A stretch of 64,000 nucleotides of DNA. Origin: Candidatus Polarisedimenticolia bacterium (GTDB taxonomy: Bacteria; Acidobacteriota; Polarisedimenticolia; JACPZX01; DASXTC01). The stretch is taken from NCBI GenBank assembly GCA_035281445.1, contig DATEEA010000030.1, positions 2,332 to 66,331 on the forward strand, read 5' to 3'. The position numbers were made by a program, and so were the translations under genes. Shown here in pieces: positions 46,865 through 54,473 of this stretch. Under the pieces are notes generated by a model, which was not told the DNA's origin, did no database searches, and worked only from the letters and a program-made list of their open reading frames with translations. Positions within the stretch are counted from its first letter, which is position 1; each line of letters opens with the position of its first letter.

Positions 46865-47844
46865 GACACGCTCTGCTGGCGCTCGTCGCCGCCGCCGGCG
46901 CCGCCGCTGCGGCGCTGCCGGCCCGCGCCGCCGTGATCGAGGAGGTGGCGGCCCAGGTCAACGGGAGGATCATCACGCGCTCGGACCTGCTGGAGCGCGA
47001 GCGCGTGCTGGTGGGCCAGCTCTCCTCGCGCTTCGTGGGGGACGAGCTGGATCGCGAGCTGGAGCGGATGCGGGGCAACCTCCTGACCGACATGATCCGC
47101 GAGCTCATCCTCATGCAGCGGGCCGAGATCCTTGGCCTCGAGCTGGAAAAGGTCTACCAGCAGGCGCTGAACCAGCTCAAAGAGCAGCAGGGGATCAAGA
47201 CCAACGACGACCTGGACCAGGTGCTCAAGCAGGAAGGGATCAGCAAGGAGGAGCTGCGGGACACGCTGCTGCGCTTCAACGTGCCGGACATCATGGTGAA
47301 CCTGGAGGTGCGCGACAAGATCGCCGTCACAGACGAAGAGGTCGCCGACTACTTCCAGAAGAACAAGGAGACCTTCCGGACCGAGGAGCAGTTCACCATC
47401 CGCGAGATCGTGCTGACCGCCGAAGGGCGCACGCCCGAGGAGCTGGACGCGCTCGGAGCGCGTGTGCTCGAGGAGCTGCAGGCGGGGGCCCCCTTCAACG
47501 AGCTGGTGATCAAGCACTCGCAGGCCCCGTCGCGGTTCAAGGACGGACTGATGGGGCCCTTCAAGAGAGGGGATCTGGTGCGCGAGCTGGAGGCGGCGGC
47601 GCTGGCTCTGAAGCCGGGTGAGGTCAGCCCCGCCATCCGCACCAGGGCCGGCCTGCACATCGTCAAGCTCGAGTCCCACAGCGAGGCGCGGGACCCCGAC
47701 CCGGAGACCGCCCGGGGCGACATCCAGGCGCGCATCAAGCAGGAGAAGTTCAGCGAGGCGCTGAAGCGCTATTTCTCCATGCTGTTGGAGACAAACCGCA
47801 TCAAAGTCCACCCCAAATACAAGCAATACGACCAGCGATCCTAG
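46861..47844 (+). CDS. surA: SurA-like periplasmic chaperone/PPIase.
   Basis: The signal peptide is MRHALLALVAAAGAAAAALPARA. It is followed by a SurA N-terminal domain and a parvulin domain (...FNELVIKHSQAPS...GLHIVKLE). Confidence 0.75.
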   Translation: MRHALLALVAAAGAAAAALPARAAVIEEVAAQVNGRIITRSDLLERERVLVGQLSSRFVGDELDRELERMRGNLLTDMIRELILMQRAEILGLELEKVYQQALNQLKEQQGIKTNDDLDQVLKQEGISKEELRDTLLRFNVPDIMVNLEVRDKIAVTDEEVADYFQKNKETFRTEEQFTIREIVLTAEGRTPEELDALGARVLEELQAGAPFNELVIKHSQAPSRFKDGLMGPFKRGDLVRELEAAALALKPGEVSPAIRTRAGLHIVKLESHSEARDPDPETARGDIQARIKQEKFSEALKRYFSMLLETNRIKVHPKYKQYDQRS

Positions 47845-47920
47845 AGTCTGTCCCGCTTGCCACTGCCGGCGGCCGTCTGGTACATTGAAGACAACCTGCT
47901 CTCGCTGGTAGAGACCTTCG

Positions 47921-48253
47921 ATGCCCAACCGCAAGCTGATCCGTCCCAGCCTCTCCGATTTCAAGGCACGATCGGCGGCCGCCCCTTCGCGCACGCGGCC
48001 CGCGCCGCCGGAACAGACCGGCGCCGAGGCCTTCTATTACACCAAGCAGATGGCGGCGCGCACGCCGATGGTGGTGATATTGCTGGACGGGGAGATCCTG
48101 CGCGGCATGATCGAGTGGTACGACCGGGACTGCCTCAAGGTGAACCGGCCGGACGGCCCGAACCTCCTGGTCCTCAAGCACGCCATCAAGTACATGTACA
48201 AGGAGGATGAGAAGCGGGAGGTCTCCGAGGCGGCGAGCGCGGAAACCGCCTGA
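47921..48253 (+). CDS. hfq: Hfq-family Sm-like RNA chaperone with an N-terminal extension.
   Basis: ...FYYTKQMAARTPMVVILLDGEILRGMIEWYDRDCLKVNRPDGPNLLVLKHAIKYMYK matches the Sm1/Sm2 pattern, including the YKHAI-like motif LKHAI. Confidence 0.5.
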   Translation: MPNRKLIRPSLSDFKARSAAAPSRTRPAPPEQTGAEAFYYTKQMAARTPMVVILLDGEILRGMIEWYDRDCLKVNRPDGPNLLVLKHAIKYMYKEDEKREVSEAASAETA

Positions 48254-48353
48254 CCTCCCGGGACATCGAAGCCCACGAATCTCCCCGGCGCCGGCGGGAT
48301 CGACGGTCCGCCGCCGCCGCAACGCAGCGCGGACTGCAGGAGGACGACCGAGC

Positions 48354-49097
48354 ATGAGCCGTACCCGTCACGCCCGCACGTCGCACCGATTCCTCCCGGC
48401 CGCCCTGGTTGGATTTCTTGCGTCGCTCCCCTTGCTGCTGGGCGCTTCCGCCTCGGCCGATCCCTACGCCGGCTTCGATCCCGCCCTGCGCCGGGTGCTG
48501 CAGACCTTCGACGAGGCCCAGGCGAGGGTGCATTCGATCTCCGCGCGCTTCGTGGAAAGAAAAGAGATCGGTCTGCTCAAGAACGCCGTGGTCCAGAAGG
48601 GGCAGTTCTACCACACCAAGCCGGACAAGTTCCTCTGGGAGTACGTCTCGCCCGAGCCCAAGATGCTCCTGATGAACGGCAAGAAGCTGGTGGCCTACTA
48701 CCCGGTCCAGAAGCAGGCCGAGGAGATCCAGACCCGCCTGAGCCGGCGCTTGGTCAAGTACTTCGGTCTGGGACAGGTCTTCGCGGATCTTCAGGAGTAC
48801 TACCACCTGTCGCTGGAGGACGACCCCGGCCTGCCCGGCACCGACGTGGTGGTGATGCGTCCCCGCTCCAAGCGGCTCGAGAAGCGCCTGCTGGAGGTGC
48901 GTGTCTGGATCGACGAGCAGGTCAGGCAGGTGCGCCGCCTGGAGTACCGCGAGGCCGACGGAGACCGGACACTGTTCAACTTCGAGGACATCCAGGTCAA
49001 CCCGGACATCAGCCCGGCGCGCTACGAGATCGAGCTTCCCAACGACGTTCAGGTGAGCACGAACTTTTCAGGATTCTTCGCAGAGAAGGGACGTTGA
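48354..49097 (+). CDS. LolA-family outer-membrane lipoprotein carrier/sorting protein.
   Basis: An internal ATG precedes a signal peptide (...[18 protein letters not shown]). ...[36 protein letters not shown] is LolA-like. Confidence 0.65.
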   Translation: MSRTRHARTSHRFLPAALVGFLASLPLLLGASASADPYAGFDPALRRVLQTFDEAQARVHSISARFVERKEIGLLKNAVVQKGQFYHTKPDKFLWEYVSPEPKMLLMNGKKLVAYYPVQKQAEEIQTRLSRRLVKYFGLGQVFADLQEYYHLSLEDDPGLPGTDVVVMRPRSKRLEKRLLEVRVWIDEQVRQVRRLEYREADGDRTLFNFEDIQVNPDISPARYEIELPNDVQVSTNFSGFFAEKGR

Positions 49098-50035
49098 AGC
49101 ACGTTGGACTGGTGCTGCATCCGGATTACCTGGCCCACCAGACCGGTGTGTCCCACCCCGAGAGGTCCGAGCGCCTGCGCGCGGTGATGGACAGGATCGA
49201 GCGCTCGGGGCTCAAGCAGGACCTGGCGCCCATCGAGCCCCGGCCGGCCGAGCCTGCATGGCTGGAGGAGATCCACTCCCCCGCCTACATCCGCCGCGTG
49301 GAGGAGTACTGCCGCGGGGGGCGGGCCATCATCGACTCGATGGACACCGGGATCTCGCCTCATTCCTTCGACGTGGCGCGGCTGGCCGCCGGGGGCGCGC
49401 TCTCGGCCGCCGACGCGGTGATGGAGGGGCGCGTGGCGTCGGCGTTCTGCGCCGTGCGTCCGCCGGGGCATCACGCCCTCAAGGAAGTGGCCATGGGCTT
49501 CTGCCTCTTCAACAACGTGGCGGTGGCCGCCCGGTATCTCCAGAAGCGGCACGGGCTGAAGCGCGTCATGATCCTCGACTGGGACGTCCACCATGGCAAC
49601 GGCACCCAGGACGCGTTCTACGAGGATCCCTCGGTCTTCTTCTTCAGCATCCACCAGTACCCCTTCTATCCAGGGACCGGCGCCCGCGGCGAGACCGGGA
49701 TCGGGCCCGGGGAGGGGTACACCCTCAACGCGCCGATGGAGGCGGGCGGCCGCGACGACGACTACCTGAGGGTGTTCGAGGAGGTCCTCGCCCCCAGAGT
49801 GCTCGCGTTCAGGCCGGAGTTCATCCTCATCTCCGCCGGCTTCGACGCGCACCGCGACGATCCTCTGGGCGGGATGCGTCTCACCGAGGAGGGTTACGCC
49901 AGGATGACCGACTTGGTGCGCTCCTGGGCCGGGGATCACAGCCGCGGACGCATCGTCTCCCTGCTGGAGGGGGGCTACGATCTCGAGGCGCTGGCCCGCT
50001 CGGTGGAAGCGCACGCCGGGCGCCTGCTCCAGTAG
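49094..50035 (+). CDS. Histone-deacetylase-family (AcuC/HDAC-like) deacetylase.
   Basis: ...RPPGHHA... ...[11 protein letters not shown]... ...SAGFDAH... are HDAC zinc/catalytic motifs. The TTG start overlaps the LolA stop. Confidence 0.85.
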   Translation: MKHVGLVLHPDYLAHQTGVSHPERSERLRAVMDRIERSGLKQDLAPIEPRPAEPAWLEEIHSPAYIRRVEEYCRGGRAIIDSMDTGISPHSFDVARLAAGGALSAADAVMEGRVASAFCAVRPPGHHALKEVAMGFCLFNNVAVAARYLQKRHGLKRVMILDWDVHHGNGTQDAFYEDPSVFFFSIHQYPFYPGTGARGETGIGPGEGYTLNAPMEAGGRDDDYLRVFEEVLAPRVLAFRPEFILISAGFDAHRDDPLGGMRLTEEGYARMTDLVRSWAGDHSRGRIVSLLEGGYDLEALARSVEAHAGRLLQ

Positions 50036-50073
50036 CCGCCTCGCGGCGGGGTGTGGTAGGCTGGCCGCCGCGT

Positions 50074-50364
50074 ATGGACGCACACCCGCCCTCCGACCCC
50101 TCCCTCAAGCGCGAGATCAAGGAGCTGATCGTCACCCAGCTCCGGCTCAAGGACGTCACCCCGGACGGCATCCGGGACGACGAGTCGCTCGTGCAAGGGT
50201 CGCTCAGCCTGGACTCCATCGATTTCCTGGAGCTCACCGTGGCCATGGAGCGCCGCTACGGCGTCAAGATAAGCGACGCCGACGAGGTGCAGGCCATCTT
50301 CGCCTCCGTGGACTCCATCGCGCGCCACATCGCCAGGCACCGGGCCCAGTCGGCCCGTGCCTGA
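50074..50364 (+). CDS. Acyl carrier protein.
   Basis: LSLDSIDFLELTVAMERRYGVKI contains the phosphopantetheine-attachment Ser in an LDS context. ~96 aa. Confidence 0.8.
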   Translation: MDAHPPSDPSLKREIKELIVTQLRLKDVTPDGIRDDESLVQGSLSLDSIDFLELTVAMERRYGVKISDADEVQAIFASVDSIARHIARHRAQSARA

Positions 50365-50794
50365 CCGGGGCGCCCCCGGCGGCCAGGGAGACCCTCTCGC
50401 CCGGCTCCCCCACACGGGCGCGGCGCGGCTCCCCTCGAGGGTCCTCAGGCTCGACCCGGGCCGGGCCGTCACCGCCGAGCGTTGTCTGGCGGCCGGCGAT
50501 CCCTGCCTCAACGGGGATGGCTTCCTTCCCTCGGTGCTGGTCGTGGAGCTGATGGCTCAGGCCGGCGGCCTGCTGATGGAGCAGGAGCCCGGCGGCTCCG
50601 CCGGCGTCCTGGCCGGCGTGCGCCGCCTGCACCTCCATGCCGCCCCCGGAGCAGGAGACACGGTGACCGTGGAGTGCCGGCTGGAGCGCCGGCTCGGGGA
50701 GCTCTACCTCCTTTCGTGCGACGCCCGGAGCGGTACCCGGGCGCTGGCGCACGGCCGGATCCATCTGCGCAGAACGAGGCGGGCGCGGGCATGA
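50357..50794 (+). CDS. Hotdog-fold protein (FabZ/FabA-like dehydratase family, possibly noncanonical).
   Basis: ...GDGFLPSVLVVELMAQAGGLL... has a hotdog pattern, but with Asp where FabZ has the catalytic His. The start is uncertain. Confidence 0.45.
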   Translation: MPDRGAPGGQGDPLARLPHTGAARLPSRVLRLDPGRAVTAERCLAAGDPCLNGDGFLPSVLVVELMAQAGGLLMEQEPGGSAGVLAGVRRLHLHAAPGAGDTVTVECRLERRLGELYLLSCDARSGTRALAHGRIHLRRTRRARA

Positions 50795-51462
50795 TCGGGC
50801 TGGTCATCCCCGCCTACAACGCCGAGGCGACCATCGGCCGGGCGGTGGCCGGCGGCCGGCGACACGTCGACGCCGCCCTGGTGGTGGACGACGGTTCGGG
50901 GGACGGCACCGGGAAGCGGGCTGTGGAAGCGGGGGCCGAGGTGGTGCGCCATCCGCGGAACCTGGGAAAGGGTGCGGCCCTGCGGACAGGGTTCGCCCGC
51001 ATGCGGGCCATCGGGGCCGGCGCGGTCATCACCATGGACGCCGACTTGCAGCACGATCCGGAGGATATCCCGCGGTTCATCCAGGCGCACCGCCAGCGCG
51101 GTGCCGATCTGATCGTCGGCTCGCGGGCCTCCCACTTCGGGTTGATGAGCCCCGGGCGCCGCACGGGCAACCGCTTCTCATGCGGCGCGCTGCGCTTCTT
51201 CACCGGCCTGGAGCTTCCCGACTCGCAGTCCGGGTTCCGGCTCTATGGACGCGATTTCCTGGCCGGCCTGGTCCTGCGGCGCGACGCCTACGACGCCGAG
51301 ATGGAGGCGCTGCTGGTGGCGGCCCGGGAGAGGCGACGCATCGAGGCGCTCCCGATCGCCGTGCCGGCGGCCGACGGCAAGACCACCAGCTTCTACAGGC
51401 CCTGGCTCGACACCTACCGCATCTGCCGCACCGTCATCCTGTTCAGCGTCTGCGAGCTCTAG
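50791..51462 (+). CDS. Family 2 glycosyltransferase.
   Basis: MIGLVIPAYNAEATIGRAV...LVVDDGSGDGT is a GT-A DxD motif. Confidence 0.8.
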   Translation: MIGLVIPAYNAEATIGRAVAGGRRHVDAALVVDDGSGDGTGKRAVEAGAEVVRHPRNLGKGAALRTGFARMRAIGAGAVITMDADLQHDPEDIPRFIQAHRQRGADLIVGSRASHFGLMSPGRRTGNRFSCGALRFFTGLELPDSQSGFRLYGRDFLAGLVLRRDAYDAEMEALLVAARERRRIEALPIAVPAADGKTTSFYRPWLDTYRICRTVILFSVCEL

Positions 51463-51621
51463 CGCACCGCGCCCGTGGCGGCCCGGGACGCCTGCTGGCA
51501 CTCTTCAAGGCCGGCGGCCCTTCCGGCGGGCGCCGACCTCGACGGCCGACGGCTCGACCACTTCCAGCAGGGCCACCACGTCCTGCCAGATATTATGGCA
51601 AGTTAGCGGCCATGCTTAGCG

Positions 51622-51649
51622 TTGACATAAGTATAACTCGATGTATATC
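51622..51649 (+). promoter_or_regulatory. Sigma70-like promoter for the Fic gene.
   Basis: TTGACA at 51622-51627 and TATATC at 51644-51649 are separated by a 16-nt spacer. An AAGAGG ribosome-binding site lies 7 nt before the ATG at 51708. Confidence 0.45.
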
Positions 51650-51707
51650 AAGATGTTGTGATGCCATGCAGCGTGCCAAAGATAGTGTCAACTAAGAGGT
51701 TATCCGC

Positions 51708-52898
51708 ATGGACTGGGCAGCCTTCAGTTTTGAGTATCGTCTGGAGTATCCGGGCGAAGAAGTCGTCTCCAACCTGATTTCCATCGAAGCGTACAAGGAG
51801 GCTGCGCAGAATCTCGTCCTTGCGCCGGACTGGCAAGAGCAGCTTGATAGGCTGAATCGAGTTCGAGCGGTCTACGGCACAACCGCGCTGGAGGGAAACC
51901 CATTGTCCGAGGCTGAGGTAGCTCGGCAGATGGATCTGTTGTCCCGGCCAGGGCAAGGTGGCAACAACGTGAGCAGGGAGCAACGACAGATCAGAAACGC
52001 TGGCCTGGCCCAAGTATGGGTCAAGACGCGCTTCAAGCAGAACAGCCCGCCGCTAACACTGGATGACATCCTGGCGATTCATAAGGCGATCACCGAGCAG
52101 TCGGACGAAAGGGATAATGTCCCTGGAAGACTTCGCGAGCACGAGGTTCATGTAGGCAGTGTTGATGCTGGCGGCATTCACAGGGGTGCACCTGCACAAA
52201 GACTTCAGGAGCTGATGGCCGGCTTTGTCGAGTTCGTGAACTCCAGGGGGCTCTTGGCCATCCATCCCGTGCTCCGGGCCCTGTTGTCGCATTTCTTTCT
52301 TGTCACAATTCATCCTTTCGGAGATGGCAACGGAAGAGTCTCGCGACTTGTAGAAGCGGGGATACTCTTTCAGGGAGGCTATAACGTCCATGGTTTCTAT
52401 GGTCTTTCAAGCTATTTCTATCGCCACGAAAGAGAATACAAAATATCGCTTCAGGCGTGCAGAAATAGCCAGCCTTTCACCGTAACACCCTTCGTCGTGT
52501 TTGGACTGAAGGGATTCGCAAGCGAACTGAAGGGGATAAACAACTTCATCAAGGCAAAACTGAACAGGGTTGTCTACAGGGCTATGTTAGTCCGTGCCTT
52601 CAACAGCAGAATCGGAACCAGGAGGCGCCTGCTAAACCAGCGTGAGTACAATTTGCTTGATTTCCTGCTTACGAAAACTGAACCGACAGACCCGTTCTCG
52701 GACGAACATGCAAGAGAAATATCTGTTGATGAACTCAAGGAAGATCCCTACATCAAGGCAGTGTACGGAAAGGTGACGCCAAGAACCTTCCTCAGAGAGC
52801 TAGGTAGGCTTGCTCACTTCGGCTTCATTACCTTCGCGTTGGATGATGGCGGTAAAGCGATAGTGCGGATAGACTTTGAAGCAATCCGTAAGCACTAG
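51708..52898 (+). CDS. fic: Fic/Doc-family protein (AMPylase-type) with an N-terminal inhibitory-helix motif.
   Basis: HPFGDGNGRVSR matches the Fic motif HPFx(D/E)GNGRxxR. TTALEG, N-terminal to it, matches the (S/T)xxxE(G/N) inhibitory motif. 396 aa. The gene is markedly low GC. Confidence 0.9.
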   Translation: MDWAAFSFEYRLEYPGEEVVSNLISIEAYKEAAQNLVLAPDWQEQLDRLNRVRAVYGTTALEGNPLSEAEVARQMDLLSRPGQGGNNVSREQRQIRNAGLAQVWVKTRFKQNSPPLTLDDILAIHKAITEQSDERDNVPGRLREHEVHVGSVDAGGIHRGAPAQRLQELMAGFVEFVNSRGLLAIHPVLRALLSHFFLVTIHPFGDGNGRVSRLVEAGILFQGGYNVHGFYGLSSYFYRHEREYKISLQACRNSQPFTVTPFVVFGLKGFASELKGINNFIKAKLNRVVYRAMLVRAFNSRIGTRRRLLNQREYNLLDFLLTKTEPTDPFSDEHAREISVDELKEDPYIKAVYGKVTPRTFLRELGRLAHFGFITFALDDGGKAIVRIDFEAIRKH

Positions 52899-53012
52899 CC
52901 GCGCCAGCGCGCCTTAGCCGGACCCGGCGCTGCCTCGACTGGATGCGGCGGGCCGACAGCGTGTAGGATCCTCCCTTCGCATCACCACGTCGTCGCCAGA
53001 AGGGGGGATCCG

Positions 53013-54449
53013 ATGATGTCCCGCGCCACCCGCTCGCTCCTGCTGCCCGCGCTCCTGCTCGTCTTGCCGGCCACCTCCCAGGCCGCGCAGGAGGCGCTCA
53101 AGAAGAAGGCCATCGCTTCGATCGACGCCCGCCGCCCCGAGCTGATCGAGCTGTCGGACAAGGTCTGGGAGTTCGCCGAGACGGCGCTCAAGGAGACCCG
53201 GAGCGCGGCTCTGCTGGCCGACTACGCCGAGAGGCAGGGGTTCACCGTCGACCGGGCGGTGGCCGGGATGCCCACGGCCTTCGTCGCCGTGTACGGGCAG
53301 GGGGAGCCGGTGATCGGGATCCTGGGTGAGTACGATGCCCTGCCCGGGCTCAGCCAGAAAGCCCAACCGGCGAAGGAAGCGCGCCTGGTGGGAGCCCCGG
53401 GTCACGGCTGCGGCCACAACATGTTCGGTGCCGCCAGCCTGGGGGCGGCCATCGCCGTCAAGGAGCTGATCGAGTCGGGGGCGATCAAGGGGACGATCAA
53501 GTTCTTCGGGACCCCGGCCGAGGAGGCGGTGGGAGGCAAGGTGTACATGGCGCGCGAGGGGCTGTTCCAGGGGATCGACGTGGTGGTCGCCTGGCATCCC
53601 GACACCAAGACCCGCGCCGATCTCACCAGCGGTCAGGCGCTGGTCGATCTGTCGGTGGAGTTCAAAGGGAAGTCCGCGCACGCCGCCTTCGATCCCTGGA
53701 ACGGCCGCAGCGCCGTGGACGCCATGGAGCTCTTCACGCACGGCATCAACATGCTGCGGGAGCACGTGAGGCCCTCCGTGCGGATGCACTACGTCATCCA
53801 GAAGGGAGGGGACGTCCCCAACGTCATCCCGGAGGAGGCGCGCCTCTGGCTCTGGGTTCGCGACTGGGAGCGCCGCGGCGTGGAGTCCGTCCTGGAGCGG
53901 GTGCGGGACATCGCGGCGGGTGCCGGGATGATGGCCGGAGCGGAAGCCAGGATCACCATCCAGGGAGGCGACTACGAGCTCCTCATCAACCAGAGAGGCG
54001 CGCGCCTGATACACGAGAACCTCTCCTGGCTCGGCCCGATCCAGTACACCGACGAGGAGCAGCAGTTCGCCCGGTCGCTGCAGACGGCGGCGGGGGTCGA
54101 ACCCGCCGGAGTCGACGGCTCGGTGCATCCGCTGGAAGGACAGGAGCCCGAAGGGGGCTCCACGGACGTCGGGGACGTGAGCTGGCTGGTCCCCACGCTG
54201 CACATGAGCGTGGTGACCGCCCCGAGCAACGTTCCCTGGCACGCCTGGCCGGTGGTGGCGAGCGGCGGCATGTCGATCGGCCACAAGGGGATGACCCACG
54301 CCGCCAAGGCCATGGCCTCGATCATGGTCGAGCTGTTCCAGGAGGCGGGCGTGCGCCAGGAGATCCGCTCGGAGTTCCAGGACAAGACCCGCGGCTTCCT
54401 CTACAAGCCGTTCATCCCCGACGGGCCTCCGGTCCTGCCCGGGGAGTGA
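53013..54449 (+). CDS. M20-family amidohydrolase (AbgB/aminobenzoyl-glutamate utilisation-like), secreted.
   Basis: The signal peptide is MMSRATRSLLLPALLLVLPATSQA. M20 metal-binding motifs are ...GHGCGHN... ...GTPAEE... Confidence 0.85.
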   Translation: MMSRATRSLLLPALLLVLPATSQAAQEALKKKAIASIDARRPELIELSDKVWEFAETALKETRSAALLADYAERQGFTVDRAVAGMPTAFVAVYGQGEPVIGILGEYDALPGLSQKAQPAKEARLVGAPGHGCGHNMFGAASLGAAIAVKELIESGAIKGTIKFFGTPAEEAVGGKVYMAREGLFQGIDVVVAWHPDTKTRADLTSGQALVDLSVEFKGKSAHAAFDPWNGRSAVDAMELFTHGINMLREHVRPSVRMHYVIQKGGDVPNVIPEEARLWLWVRDWERRGVESVLERVRDIAAGAGMMAGAEARITIQGGDYELLINQRGARLIHENLSWLGPIQYTDEEQQFARSLQTAAGVEPAGVDGSVHPLEGQEPEGGSTDVGDVSWLVPTLHMSVVTAPSNVPWHAWPVVASGGMSIGHKGMTHAAKAMASIMVELFQEAGVRQEIRSEFQDKTRGFLYKPFIPDGPPVLPGE

Positions 54450-54473
54450 CGGGCTCGCGCGGCCGGGCGGGCC

